A stretch of 64,000 bases of DNA from an uncultured archaeon (GCA_964347045.1 CAYFXC010000005.1:59227-123226), one strand, 5' to 3'. Positions 39,843-50,711 are shown, numbered from the stretch's first letter. Program-made: numbers and translations. Notes: generated from the letters alone by a model not told the origin.

Positions 39843-40733
39843 TCATGGCCTACGGCGTTTTTTCATCTCTTGTGGACCTGACACAATAGGTAACTCACGG
39901 TATTTTTGCGTTCGTTTCCTAATCTCCTCTCGATGTTGTTGATAGACAGGACCTGTTCGGAGAACCCATTCAGAGAAATGTTTGGCCATTGCTTCAGGGC
40001 TCCAACGATGTTTCCCTGTATCAATAATCCAAGAGATAGTTATGTCATTATCTTTTTCAAGTAGTTCTCCACGCGATTGGCAGAGTTGACATTCAACCTG
40101 GTTCTTTTCACGTATTATGAAGAAAGGTAGCCCACAATGGGGACACGCATTCTTTGGTATTGATAATTGAACTTCATTTTCTGGTTGTTGAATTTGATGA
40201 ATCAATGCTGTTCCGATTTTCTGGACACGTTCCATGGTTTCATCATCTAGAAGTACTTCAGCAGGTCCTGGTCGGTATGCCATTACGCGGTCGACTAATT
40301 TCAGTTGGAGTATACCTGCAAGTATTGAAAGCATGGGTAAAGTAAAAGGGTCCCATTCTTGAAGTCCTGCAGTGGCAATGATGGCTCCAGGTCGTTGTTT
40401 GATTTTTCCCAGTTGTAGACTGTATTCAAAGAGACGGTCAATTAATAGTTTGACCAGACCTCCTGGACCTAAGAAATAGGTTGGAGCAGATAGTATGATG
40501 GCATCGGCCCATTGGAAATGATCCCATAAGGAATGCATGTCATCATCTAGTCGACAGGGCTCTCCCTTGAGAACGCATGCTAAACACCCTTTGCATGGAA
40601 GCAAACGAAAATCTGATAATCGTAAGGGGCGAATTTCCGCGCCCTCTTCATGGGCTTGTAATAATGCTTCCTTTACCAAAACTTCGCAGTTTCCAAGTTT
40701 TCGAGCAGATCCAATAACCCCAAGAATCCTCAA
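39843..40733 (-). CDS. Iron-sulfur flavoprotein / flavodoxin-like NADPH-FMN reductase family
   Basis: GSAR..GN, CKGCLAC...C, DDM, SAPTYF and LIDR, plus an extra CPHC...CQLC. TTG start at 40733. Confidence 0.88.
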   Translation of the reverse strand: MRILGVIGSARKLGNCEVLVKEALLQAHEEGAEIRPLRLSDFRLLPCKGCLACVLKGEPCRLDDDMHSLWDHFQWADAIILSAPTYFLGPGGLVKLLIDRLFEYSLQLGKIKQRPGAIIATAGLQEWDPFTLPMLSILAGILQLKLVDRVMAYRPGPAEVLLDDETMERVQKIGTALIHQIQQPENEVQLSIPKNACPHCGLPFFIIREKNQVECQLCQSRGELLEKDNDITISWIIDTGKHRWSPEAMAKHFSEWVLRTGPVYQQHREEIRKRTQKYRELPIVSGPQEMKKRRRP

Positions 40734-40819
40734 GAGGTGCACCCATGGCTACTCACATATTCTACCTTAAGAGTATGTAGTTTTGAGAAAATTCGCGAAT
40801 GCTAGATGATTTCTTTCTC

Positions 40820-41098
40820 CTAATAGGTGATTCTAAAATCGCGAAGGTTAGGCTCAATTGGAACATTGGTAATTGACACATTATCAACTCTCGAGGAAGG
40901 GGATCCATGGTGAAGGTATTCAACAAACTCAATAATCGCTTGATCAGGGCCTTGAACGTGGCATTCAACCGTTCCATCGCGATTATTACGCACCCATCCG
41001 TTTAGATTCAACTGATGGGCTTTATCCCTCGTATATACCCGAAAAAATACACCCTGTACTCGTCCTTGAACAAGGGCTCTTATTGCACGCATTGACAC
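40820..41098 (-). CDS. acyP: Acylphosphatase
   Basis: GRVQGVFFR and GWVRN..DG.VE. Confidence 0.96.
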   Translation of the reverse strand: MSMRAIRALVQGRVQGVFFRVYTRDKAHQLNLNGWVRNNRDGTVECHVQGPDQAIIEFVEYLHHGSPSSRVDNVSITNVPIEPNLRDFRITY

Positions 41099-41204
41099 TT
41101 CCTCACTAGCATATGCAATCGAGGCTCCATAAGAAAATTATCCCTCTCTTTCGAAAATATCAAGAGGAACCAATTCCGATAGGTGCCTTGCTGGTGAAGA
41201 AAGA

Positions 41205-42917
41205 GTGAAAAACAAAGAAATCGCTCGAATCTTTTTACAAATTGCTGATTTACTGGAACTTCAAGAGGATTCATTCAAACCTCGAGCATATCGACGAGCT
41301 GCTCGAAGTTTGGAACAACTTAGTGAAGACATCGATGATATTGCGATCCGAGGTGAATTGGAGGACATTCCTGGTGTTGGCAAAGCTTTAGCGAAAAAAA
41401 TCAAAGAGTATCTAGAAACTGGGAATATTGCGTATCTTAATAGTTTACAGAATGAAATTGATTCGGGATTAGTGGAACTCCTAAGCATTCCGGACATTGG
41501 ACCCAAAACTGTGAGGGTGCTCAAAGAAGAACTTGGTGTAACTTCTCTTGAAGATCTTCGTCTTGCATTAAATGACAACAAGGTACAAGAATTACGTGGA
41601 TTTGGTCCCGCTAGCGAGGAGCGGATTCGTCAGAATCTAGAACTCATGGTTGGCTATTCTAAGCGGTTATTTATCGGAATTGCACTGCCAATCGCCGAAA
41701 ATCTCGTCAAGGACCTTAGAAAATTAAAGGATGTAACCCAAATTGCAATCGCGGGAAGCCTTCGCCGGTGGAAGGAAACCATTGGTGATATTGATATTCT
41801 CGCCAGTTCAACGAATCCAAATTTAGTGATGCACACGTTTATTAATCATCCCGCCGTTGAACGGGTGTTCGCTCAAGGACCTACGAAAACGAGTGTATTG
41901 GTCGATGAGGGTATTCAAGTTGATCTTCGAGTCGTAAATAACGAGTCGTTTGGTGCAGCTCTCCAGTATTTTACTGGATCAAAAGCACATAATATTGTTT
42001 TACGTCGCCTTGCTCGACAACGCAAGTGGAAATTAAGTGAATATCATTTACAAGATATGAAAACAAACAAAATCATTGCCGGTAGTTCAGAGAAGGCTAT
42101 CTATGAAGCATTGGGGCTGGATTGGATATCTCCCGAACTCCGCGAAGATACAGGTGAAATCGAAGCCGCCCTAAAACACAAGCTCCCCTCACTAATTGAC
42201 GAACATGATATTCGAGGTGATCTTCATGTTCATTCTAACTGGAGTGATGGCGCTGATACAATCGAAGACCTAGCAAAGACTGCAATTGCCCGTAAATACA
42301 AATATTTGGCAATCTGTGATCATTCTAAAAATGCTGCAATTGTAAATGGTCTTGATGAAACTCGATTGAAAAAGCAAATACTCCATATAAGAAAACTGAA
42401 TGAACAATTTAATAATTTCAAACTTCTCGCAGGGGCTGAGGTGAATGTTCTCCCAGATGGGTCGCTTGATTTATCTGACACGGTATTAGCAGAAACAGAT
42501 CTTGTAATCGCCGCAATACACTTGACGCGTAAAACAAGAAGTTCAATCACAGACCTTCTTGTTAGCGCCTGTTATCATGATCTCGTCGATATCATTGCCT
42601 ATCCATCAAAACAAATAATATCCCAGCACCCACGCTTTTCTATTGATTTTCCTACTATCTTTGAGGTAGCAAAACAGCAGGGTGTTTCGCTTGAGATTAA
42701 CAGTTCTCACCAACTAAAGTTAACTCCAGAACTGATCCGACAAGCAAAAGAATTGGGTGTTAATTTTGTGGTAAGCACAGCTGCTCATCGGGCTAGTCAA
42801 CTTGGACTCATAAGATATGGAGTAGGTCTAGCTCGAAGAGGTTGGATTGAACCTAAGAATGTGCTCAATACACTCACGTTTAATCAGCTGCGCAAATGCT
42901 TCCAACATATTCGTTAG
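41205..42917 (+). CDS. polX: DNA polymerase X with PHP domain
   Basis: AYRRAA, IPGVG HhH, AGSLRR, GDID, VDLR, YFTGSK and DLHVHS. Confidence 0.95.
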   Translation: MKNKEIARIFLQIADLLELQEDSFKPRAYRRAARSLEQLSEDIDDIAIRGELEDIPGVGKALAKKIKEYLETGNIAYLNSLQNEIDSGLVELLSIPDIGPKTVRVLKEELGVTSLEDLRLALNDNKVQELRGFGPASEERIRQNLELMVGYSKRLFIGIALPIAENLVKDLRKLKDVTQIAIAGSLRRWKETIGDIDILASSTNPNLVMHTFINHPAVERVFAQGPTKTSVLVDEGIQVDLRVVNNESFGAALQYFTGSKAHNIVLRRLARQRKWKLSEYHLQDMKTNKIIAGSSEKAIYEALGLDWISPELREDTGEIEAALKHKLPSLIDEHDIRGDLHVHSNWSDGADTIEDLAKTAIARKYKYLAICDHSKNAAIVNGLDETRLKKQILHIRKLNEQFNNFKLLAGAEVNVLPDGSLDLSDTVLAETDLVIAAIHLTRKTRSSITDLLVSACYHDLVDIIAYPSKQIISQHPRFSIDFPTIFEVAKQQGVSLEINSSHQLKLTPELIRQAKELGVNFVVSTAAHRASQLGLIRYGVGLARRGWIEPKNVLNTLTFNQLRKCFQHIR

Positions 42918-42983
42918 ATCAAGAAAGTCAGATTCGGAATCCTTAAATCAGTTTGCAATCTCTGCCTCACCGAGGAACGCGTT

Positions 42984-43274
42984 TTGAGCCCAATTAACCC
43001 CGAACAAACATCAGAAAAAGGAATCACCAATTATCCGGGAAAGATTGGACGTAGTGATCTTCGAAATTGGGTAAAGGTTTGCCCTAATTGTTTTAGCATT
43101 GACATTCAACCACTAACCAACATATCAGGTACTATTGTACAGGAACAATGGTATTGCCCCAACTGTGATTATGCAGGAGTTGTCATTGAAGTAAAGACTG
43201 AAGATCTTATTCGATTTCGCCTTCAACAACTCGCTCAGGAATATAACAAAAATCATAAAGTGAAAACTAAATAG
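42984..43274 (+). CDS. Small zinc-ribbon protein
   Basis: CPNC...WYCPNCDY.G, GAGGA SD. Confidence 0.75.
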   Translation: MSPINPEQTSEKGITNYPGKIGRSDLRNWVKVCPNCFSIDIQPLTNISGTIVQEQWYCPNCDYAGVVIEVKTEDLIRFRLQQLAQEYNKNHKVKTK

Positions 43275-43292
43275 TTACCTCAAGAACTTATC

Positions 43293-44162
43293 CTATGCTG
43301 TTGGAAAAGCTACTTCAGCGGCGGCTCCCATCAACGTCTTATATAGCAGGTCTTTATTTCGCGGATCAATCGCAACTAATCCTATTGTCCGCAAACCAAG
43401 TAATCGTGATACCGTGTCAGGGAGCAATGCATCTTTGAGATCCTGCTTGTTGGCAATTGCCCAAATCAGAGCACCGTCTGTCCACTTTTGAATGATTGGA
43501 ACTAGTTTACGTGTCGACATTACGTTCTTCAATGTTGAATCTGAGACCATAATGACAACGTCAGTCCCGCGAAGATAGTCCTTCCACTTCGGAACTAAAA
43601 GCTCTTGGCCTGGAAAATCCCAGACTGCAATTTCGTAAGGACCTAATTTTGCGATTTGCATCTCCTCTACATAAACTGCCATAGTGGCAATGTGATCAAG
43701 ATCCGCTCGCTGGCTCATTAGCATTTTAAGAATTGTGGTTTTGCCCACTCCTCCTTCACCAAGAAGTACAATTTTCAGGGTAGAAATGATTGCGGAATCG
43801 AGAACAGGTCCGAGACCTTGAAAGACTTCTGAGTTTCGATTGCTTTTAAAGTCCCATATTTGTTTTGCATACTTTTGTTTCATTGTTCGGACAGCGAAAT
43901 CAATTTTCTCTTGAAGGATTTCATCCTTGTCTTGGCGGTCGGCAACGATAACGAGAATCAAGTCGCTGTCCACGTATTTATGAATAAATTTCATGCCATC
44001 TAAAAAAATTGGAACGGGGAGATCTTCACCGGTATCTCGTTCAAGTTGGCGAAGCGATTGGATATATTCAGAGACGACTGGTTGATCAATTTCAATTGCC
44101 CAATATGAGCGATGAAATAGTTTGATTCCATTTCTTGTTAATAACAGAACATTATGGATCAA
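43293..44162 (-). CDS. Longin-like domain fused to small (Arf/Rab-like) GTPase
   Basis: IHNVLLLTRNGIKLF longin start. G1 GEGGVGKT, G3 WDFPGQ and G4 NKQD. Confidence 0.88.
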   Translation of the reverse strand: MIHNVLLLTRNGIKLFHRSYWAIEIDQPVVSEYIQSLRQLERDTGEDLPVPIFLDGMKFIHKYVDSDLILVIVADRQDKDEILQEKIDFAVRTMKQKYAKQIWDFKSNRNSEVFQGLGPVLDSAIISTLKIVLLGEGGVGKTTILKMLMSQRADLDHIATMAVYVEEMQIAKLGPYEIAVWDFPGQELLVPKWKDYLRGTDVVIMVSDSTLKNVMSTRKLVPIIQKWTDGALIWAIANKQDLKDALLPDTVSRLLGLRTIGLVAIDPRNKDLLYKTLMGAAAEVAFPTA

Positions 44163-44297
44163 CCTAAATCGCCTCCCAGCTGGAAAGATCTATGTATCTG
44201 GGTGTGGGTTATTCGTTTTAGGGCTTTAAAATAGTTCCACCTACTTGCCAAGACCACTTCCCAGGTTAAACATTTCTAATTAACAGGAAATATATTC

Positions 44298-45770
44298 TCA
44301 AGCTGGTCCATGGGGGAGAGAAGGGCATTTATAGTGTTTCATAACTTTTTTCATAACCGAATCTAGGTCCTGGCTTTGCATCTTGGTAAGTGGTTGAACC
44401 TCATGGGTTGTAAGAATTTCTTTGACATGATTTCGAGCCCGTTCTTTACTTGATAGTGATCCCTGATTTTGCCAACTTTCGTAGGGTTGACGATCAACTA
44501 ATATTCCTGGCATGTAATGTTCATTACGGAACCAGGTTAGGGTATGACGTAAGCGAAGGAAATCACCACCCTTCGTGCCTACTTCGCGTAGCTCATCGAG
44601 GGCAAGTGTTTCATCATTTACATCAATGCCTCTAATGAGTCGTTTTATCATGCCTGCTAATACATTGTCAATAACAAGTTTTTCAAAACTTTGAGTGCTT
44701 TCAAAAATTAGCATGCCTGCGCCTGCGATGTTATTAATCCCTGCCATCGCTGCGAGAAGAAATCCTGTTGCCGCTTCATATCCTGTTTGGGAATCGGCAC
44801 CTAGTTTAGCATCAGAAAGTCCCATATAGCCATGAGAGGGAAGTCCGTAATGCTTTGCCATCTGCCCATATGCACAAGTGAGCATAATGCTTTCAATTGC
44901 TCCAAGTCTTGCTGTACCATATTGCATATCTACAGCCGTCGGTGAGCCCCCATAGATAACAGGCGCACCTTTCGCTTTGAGTTGCGTGAGAACTACACCA
45001 CTTAATGATTCGGCGTTATGCAAAACTAACGAACCAGCAATGGTTATTGGACTAGTTGCACCGAGTTGAGGCATTGATATGAGTTCAATAGGGATACCCG
45101 CCTCCGCGCCTAGTAAGAGGTCGTGAACTGTAAGTTCGCTCCACTGTAACGGCGCTGATGGGCAGGTATCAAAGATTGCTAGAGGTTTTTCTCTGAGTTT
45201 TTTTGGTCCACCTACAACCGCTTCCAGCATATGTTTCATGTCCTCAAAGGCGTCGAGGGCAAAAGTTCCCGTTATAATGGGTTTGGTCGAATGTTGTAGA
45301 ATAATGTATAATCGATATCTATCTGCAAGTTTTGATGGAATATCTGCGGGAATGAGTGCTGTGCTTTGAGCATCGATATATTGTAGAGCATCAGTAACTC
45401 GAGCAAACTCGATTACATCTGAAACATAGGGGTGGCGTCTTACGCCGGTCTCACGGTCTATAAGATGTGTGGCCGCAGATCCAGGATTGAAGAAAATATT
45501 GTCATTCTCAAGGGTAAGTGCAAGGTTTCCTTCCCGACTATATAGACGAATTGATGACGGTGCATGGGTAAGTTGTTCTTCAACTAGCGAAGAGGGGAAA
45601 AATGCATGATTTTTTTCATAATCAACCGGTGCTCCCACTCCTTCTAACAGCTCTAAGGCTTCCTTGCTATGAATTTTCATCCCCGCTTCTTCTAGGAGCA
45701 TGAGGCTTTCTTTGTGTATGCGATGAATGTCTTCTTCTGAGAGTAGTTTGAGTCGAGGTTGTTGTGCCAT
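44298..45770 (-). CDS. MttB-superfamily methyltransferase, non-pyrrolysine
   Basis: IH..SL.LLE..G, SAPLQ, GATSPITIAG, NAESL, SDAK and KLVID. Confidence 0.92.
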   Translation of the reverse strand: MAQQPRLKLLSEEDIHRIHKESLMLLEEAGMKIHSKEALELLEGVGAPVDYEKNHAFFPSSLVEEQLTHAPSSIRLYSREGNLALTLENDNIFFNPGSAATHLIDRETGVRRHPYVSDVIEFARVTDALQYIDAQSTALIPADIPSKLADRYRLYIILQHSTKPIITGTFALDAFEDMKHMLEAVVGGPKKLREKPLAIFDTCPSAPLQWSELTVHDLLLGAEAGIPIELISMPQLGATSPITIAGSLVLHNAESLSGVVLTQLKAKGAPVIYGGSPTAVDMQYGTARLGAIESIMLTCAYGQMAKHYGLPSHGYMGLSDAKLGADSQTGYEAATGFLLAAMAGINNIAGAGMLIFESTQSFEKLVIDNVLAGMIKRLIRGIDVNDETLALDELREVGTKGGDFLRLRHTLTWFRNEHYMPGILVDRQPYESWQNQGSLSSKERARNHVKEILTTHEVQPLTKMQSQDLDSVMKKVMKHYKCPSLPHGPA

Positions 45771-45800
45771 GCTTGGTTAGCTCCATTAAATTAGACTAAA

Positions 45801-46454
45801 TTAGTCGTCTGAATGTCCAGTTAATCGTTTGGCGATTTTTACGGCCTGGTTGAAATCGACACCATAACCATCGGCCCCTATACTATTCGCAAATTGCTGA
45901 CTAACTGGAGCGCCTCCTATCATTACTTTAACACGTTGATTGAGCTTTTCAGATTTTAACAAATCGATAGTTTCTTGCATATGATCCATTGTGGTAGTCA
46001 ATAGCGCTGACATTGCAATTATGTCAGCATTTACTTCTTTGGTTTTTGTGACAAATTGTGCTGGTGTCACTTCAACTCCTAAATCGTGGACAGTGAACCC
46101 TGCGACAGTAAGCATAGTCGCTACGATTGATTTTCCAATGTCATGAATATCTCCCTGGACTGTCCCTATCACAATCGTACCAAGAGCTTCCTCTTCAACG
46201 GATTTCGCTAAATAAGGCTCCAGAAATTCAAGGGCTTGTTTCATAGTCTCTGCGGCAACAGCTAGTTCAGGAAGAAAAGCTTCTCCCTTCTCAAATCGGT
46301 CTCCTAAAACTCTAATGCCTGCAGTTAGTCCTTGGTTTACAATTTTGGAGGCATCGATTCCCTGGTCAATTGCTTTTGGAACAAGTTCTAGAACTTGCTC
46401 GGTTTGACATTTGATCATTTCATCACGAATCTGATCAATAATTTCATAACCCAT
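45801..46454 (-). CDS. Cognate corrinoid (B12-binding) protein
   Basis: FLPEL, GTVQGDIHDIGK, MSALLTTT and IGGAP. Confidence 0.95.
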   Translation of the reverse strand: MGYEIIDQIRDEMIKCQTEQVLELVPKAIDQGIDASKIVNQGLTAGIRVLGDRFEKGEAFLPELAVAAETMKQALEFLEPYLAKSVEEEALGTIVIGTVQGDIHDIGKSIVATMLTVAGFTVHDLGVEVTPAQFVTKTKEVNADIIAMSALLTTTMDHMQETIDLLKSEKLNQRVKVMIGGAPVSQQFANSIGADGYGVDFNQAVKIAKRLTGHSDD

Positions 46455-46487
46455 TGTGTATGCACCATGCTATTTGTCAGGATCTAT

Positions 46488-47543
46488 TTATTCGATGATT
46501 TCCCAATTGTTTTGGTATTTATCAAGCTCAGTTTTCGTACGCTCATCCATTGGATGTTCACGATCAGGGATATCGAGATGCTTCGGTTCGCCACACAAGG
46601 GTGTGCTGAAGTACCGTTGTCCACTGTCATTAATCATGGTTACAATGGTGTTGAGGTCAGGATGTCTCTTCGCCAATTTCAGTGCAGCTGCAACATTACA
46701 CCCTGAAGAAACTCCACAAAAGAGGCCTTCCTCGCGACTGAGCCATTGTGCCATTTCAAGAGCTTCATCAGAGGTGGTTGTAATTATTCCATTTAAAATA
46801 CTTAAATCAAGATTTTCTGGTACAAATCCATCACCGATTCCTTCAATGTGGTGAGAACCCCACTTTCGATGTGCAAGCAGTGGTGCTTCAGTCGGCTCAA
46901 TTGCATAAAGCTTCACATTTGGATTTTGTTTTCGTAAATATTGACCGACACCCGTAATTGTTCCCCCTGTGCCTTGGCTAGCAATGAAAGCATCAACTTT
47001 CCCGCCTGTCTGCTCCCAAATTTCTTGCCCAGTTGTTTCAAAATGAGCAAGGGAATTGTCTGGGTTACTAAATTGCGCAGGTTCCCAGTACTTGCCCGGA
47101 TTCGCTTCCTTGAGTTCTTTGACCTTAGTAAGGCACAAATCAACATCGGATTCGCCCCCCGGAGTCAAAATAATCTTAGCTCCATAAGCCGCCATGAGTT
47201 TTCGACGCTCTTGGCTCATCCCTTCAGGCATGACAATGGTCACCGGATAGTCCAGCATTCGGCCAACAAACGAACAGGCAATTCCCGCATTTCCCGTGGA
47301 GGATTCTATGATTTCCATTCCCGATTTCAAATCTCCCCGGGCAATAGCCTCGCGAATCATTTTAAAATAAATACGGTCTTTTAGACTTCCGGTAGGAGAA
47401 TACCATTCGATTTTTCCTAATATGTTGACTCCCGCTTTTTTACTAATTTTTGGCATTCGAAAAAGTGGAGTAAGTCCAATGAGATCAAAGATGTTTTCCT
47501 GAACCTGTTTATATTTATCCCAGTTAAGGGGCACGTCAAACAA
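46488..47543 (-). CDS. PLP-dependent cysteine synthase family protein
   Basis: PTGSLKDR, SSTGNAG, GTGGT, IEGIG and DSGQRY.S. Confidence 0.93.
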   Translation of the reverse strand: MFDVPLNWDKYKQVQENIFDLIGLTPLFRMPKISKKAGVNILGKIEWYSPTGSLKDRIYFKMIREAIARGDLKSGMEIIESSTGNAGIACSFVGRMLDYPVTIVMPEGMSQERRKLMAAYGAKIILTPGGESDVDLCLTKVKELKEANPGKYWEPAQFSNPDNSLAHFETTGQEIWEQTGGKVDAFIASQGTGGTITGVGQYLRKQNPNVKLYAIEPTEAPLLAHRKWGSHHIEGIGDGFVPENLDLSILNGIITTTSDEALEMAQWLSREEGLFCGVSSGCNVAAALKLAKRHPDLNTIVTMINDSGQRYFSTPLCGEPKHLDIPDREHPMDERTKTELDKYQNNWEIIE

Positions 47544-47671
47544 CTCCTACCTAATTATTCGCTGCATAGATTAGCCCGTATATAAGCATACGGCATAATT
47601 TGATAGAAGAAGCGAAGAATCATAAGGGTGCAATACTGGGCAATGAAAGAAATGCTGAAGGAGCCATTTTT

Positions 47672-48376
47672 GTGAAACTTCAAGGACCTTTCCACTACGG
47701 GGAATTTCTCGAGCGGCCAAATCGGTTTCTAACTATTTGTCAACTCAACGGACAACGGGTCCCTGCATATATTCCCAACCCTGGCCCCATGCCAGATCTA
47801 CTGTTTCCAGGTGTTGAAGTGCTGCTACGTCACAAACCTGGAAACCAACGAAAAACTGATTATGATTTGGTTTGTTCACGAAATAATGGTGTAATGCTTT
47901 CTTTGGATTCTCGGGTCCCAAACTGGATTTTAGCCGAAACTCTTCACCAGGGTATTTTAGCACCTTTTTCTCAGTATCATGAAATCCATTCAGAACCGAT
48001 ATACAAAGAAAGTCGACTGGATTTCCTTCTCCAAGCTAGGGGTGCTCCTTCATGCTATATTGAGGCCAAATCATCAACTGATTCAAAAAATCGTATCGGG
48101 TTGTTTCCTCGGGTTCCCACAGAACGAGGACAACGCCATGTTCAGGAATTAATGCATGCTCTTGACGAAGATTATCGTGCAGCTATTGTGTTTATTGTTC
48201 AGCGTATAGATGCTGATAGAATGCGACCAAATGATCTTATTGATCCCGAATTTGGTGTAATATTACGGCGAGCAGTCGAGTATGGCGTTGAAGCTTATGC
48301 ATGGACTACTCAATATATTGAATCCAATCACGAAATTGTTATAGATCGATCAATTCCTGTGGATCTTAGCGAATAG
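47672..48376 (+). CDS. sfsA: DNA/RNA nuclease SfsA
   Basis: RPNRF, NPG, RKT.YDL, SRLDF, EAKS, FP..PT.RG..H. GGAG SD before GTG 47672. Confidence 0.92.
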   Translation: MKLQGPFHYGEFLERPNRFLTICQLNGQRVPAYIPNPGPMPDLLFPGVEVLLRHKPGNQRKTDYDLVCSRNNGVMLSLDSRVPNWILAETLHQGILAPFSQYHEIHSEPIYKESRLDFLLQARGAPSCYIEAKSSTDSKNRIGLFPRVPTERGQRHVQELMHALDEDYRAAIVFIVQRIDADRMRPNDLIDPEFGVILRRAVEYGVEAYAWTTQYIESNHEIVIDRSIPVDLSE

Positions 48377-48390
48377 TTACTGTTGGTTAG

Positions 48391-49431
48391 TTACGAAAAT
48401 TTTCCATATTTTTCAGCAGCAAGAACCATCGCTCGAATATTCTCCAACGGCGCTAGTGGTGGAACTTCACAGCCACTACTCAATATGTATCGACCATCTT
48501 GACCAACAGTTTCAATGCATCCTTTTGCAGCCGCTTCAATTTCTTTGGGGGTTCCCATCAATAGAAGTTCTGTAGGATTCAAATTTCCCATTAAAATGAC
48601 TTTGTGCCCTACACGTTTTTTAGCCTCTGCCATATCGACGAGGTGATCGAGTTCTAGCATCTTAGTACCAGTCTCCGCCATAAGCTCAAGCATAGGCATT
48701 GTTTTACCGCATATGTGTAAAGAGGCAAAAGCACCTGTCTGTGAAATCGCGTTAACAAGTACTTTTTGTTGAGGTGCCGCATAAGTTCCGAAGGTTGTAG
48801 GGCTAATAAGACTGCCACTAGCTGTTGGATCCGCTATTACTATGACATCTATTCCGGCTTCAATATTGGCGAGGGCATACTTTATTGAAGCCTCTAATGC
48901 TAAATCAGTAAGTTCGGTAACAAATTGTGAATCATGAATGGTCGCAATCATAAGGGGATTTACTCCAGCTAGCTGCCCGGCTAGTGTAAATGGTCCCGGT
49001 GTATAGGCAAAAAGAGGAATCTCGTCTTTTACTTTCTTTTTAATTAAGTATACCAATTCCATATGTAGAGGTAAGCGTCCGGAGCTATTGGGATCAGGCA
49101 CTTCTATCTTGTCAACATCAGCTGGTGATTTTACTATATTTTCTGCTACTTGGGGCACAGAGTCTTCTGGAAAGCGCATAGTGCACCCCATCGCTTCTGC
49201 CAGTAAATTAAATGAACTTTCCCATCCCACATAGATGGCATCATATCCAAGCCTACGTTGCCCAGCCAATAAAGCTTTAGCCGTCTTCTTCGGACTATGT
49301 AACGCCTCTATTAGACCCACGCCAGTTATTTGAGCAGTTGTATAAGTGACTTGAGGGATAACTGGCACTCGATCCGGTAACTCGCCTTGAAGAACTTTCA
49401 TTACGCGCTGAAAGGGAGTGAGCGAACTCAT
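48391..49431 (-). CDS. MtaA/CmuA (uroporphyrinogen decarboxylase family) methyltransferase
   Basis: DRVPV, AEAMG, GPFT, LHICG, GNL.P and LSSGCE (Zn ligands H-x-C...C). Confidence 0.9.
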   Translation of the reverse strand: MSSLTPFQRVMKVLQGELPDRVPVIPQVTYTTAQITGVGLIEALHSPKKTAKALLAGQRRLGYDAIYVGWESSFNLLAEAMGCTMRFPEDSVPQVAENIVKSPADVDKIEVPDPNSSGRLPLHMELVYLIKKKVKDEIPLFAYTPGPFTLAGQLAGVNPLMIATIHDSQFVTELTDLALEASIKYALANIEAGIDVIVIADPTASGSLISPTTFGTYAAPQQKVLVNAISQTGAFASLHICGKTMPMLELMAETGTKMLELDHLVDMAEAKKRVGHKVILMGNLNPTELLLMGTPKEIEAAAKGCIETVGQDGRYILSSGCEVPPLAPLENIRAMVLAAEKYGKFS

Positions 49432-49635
49432 TTTCGTGTTTCCTCAACCACCAGATTGATTTCAGGCTACATTAACCTTATACTACTTTTTCCTGTATAA
49501 TTTCGTTTGCTACAGATGGAATAAAACTTCTATGCCTAAGGCAGCATCTTTAAATTACTATTAACCACAGTTTGGATGGGGAATGTGTCTTTCCCCATGC
49601 GTGAGTTGGATAGGCTGGGTTCGGATCCGATCGCT

Positions 49636-50592
49636 ATGTCAAATAATCCTCCAAAGAAAACTCAACCGGATACAAGTCAGACAGAGGACGAACCACATAC
49701 CTGTCCAAACTGCAGTAGCAACAAGCTAATAATGACCTCCTCACGTGAACTTGTGTGTTCTAATTGTGGTCTGGTTCTTAACGATGATGTTATAGATTTT
49801 GGAGCTGAATGGCGCGAGTTCTCTCCAGAAGAACGTGATAAACGCGCACGTGCCGGACCTCCCTCTACACTTACCATGCATGATCGTGGATTATCAACTA
49901 CAATTGACTGGCGAGATGTCGATGCACGAGGACATAAACTTGATGCTCGGCGACGAGCAGAAATGCAACGGATTCGGAAATGGCACAATCGCAGTCGCGT
50001 CTATCAAGCTAGTGAACGCAATCTTGCTAGTGCCATGAGTGAACTCGACCGATTATCTGGGCAACTAGACCTTCCTCAACGAGTTCGTCAATCTGCGGCG
50101 CTTTTGTATCGACGTGCCTTGGACAAAAACCTCATTCGCGGACGGAGCATTGAAGCCATCGTTGCCGCATGCGTTTATGCTGCATGTCGGTTTACCAGTT
50201 TTCCACGAACGCTAGCAGATGTAGGGCGATATACTCGGGTTGGGCGCAAAGAACTAGGTCGCTCATACAGGCTAATTGTACGACGTCTTGGACTTCAAAT
50301 GCCTGTTACTCAGCCTGAGGATTTTGTATCTCGCTATACTAATGCACTCACCCTTTCCCAGCGAACTCATGCCCGGGCACTTGATATTCTCATGCAAGCT
50401 CGTAACAAAGGAATAACCTCTGGAAAAGATCCTACCTGTATTGCCGCGGCTGCGATCTATATCGCCTCAATCCTTGAAGGAGAGCGGCGAACCCAACGTG
50501 AGATTGGCGAGGTCGCGGGTGTCACTGAAGTAACAGTTCGTAATCGGTACAAAGAATTAGTTCGTGCCTTAGACCTTGGAGTAGAGGTTTAG
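49636..50592 (+). CDS. tfb: Transcription initiation factor IIB
   Basis: CPNC...CSNCG Zn ribbon, EWREF, RGRS and GVTEVTVRNRYKEL. Confidence 0.97.
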   Translation: MSNNPPKKTQPDTSQTEDEPHTCPNCSSNKLIMTSSRELVCSNCGLVLNDDVIDFGAEWREFSPEERDKRARAGPPSTLTMHDRGLSTTIDWRDVDARGHKLDARRRAEMQRIRKWHNRSRVYQASERNLASAMSELDRLSGQLDLPQRVRQSAALLYRRALDKNLIRGRSIEAIVAACVYAACRFTSFPRTLADVGRYTRVGRKELGRSYRLIVRRLGLQMPVTQPEDFVSRYTNALTLSQRTHARALDILMQARNKGITSGKDPTCIAAAAIYIASILEGERRTQREIGEVAGVTEVTVRNRYKELVRALDLGVEV

Positions 50593-50711
50593 ATTCACGC
50601 AATCTCTTTTTTCTTACCATTTGGTCTAGACAAAATTACTTAAAGGCATACTCCTGAGTGTATGCCTGGTTTCCAGCTGAAGCGTATTATTGCCTTTTCG
50701 CTAGTTTTGTT

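Noticed and set aside
44298-45770. Pyrrolysine-containing trimethylamine methyltransferase
   Set aside because: The ORF is uninterrupted and has Leu at the expected Pyl position.
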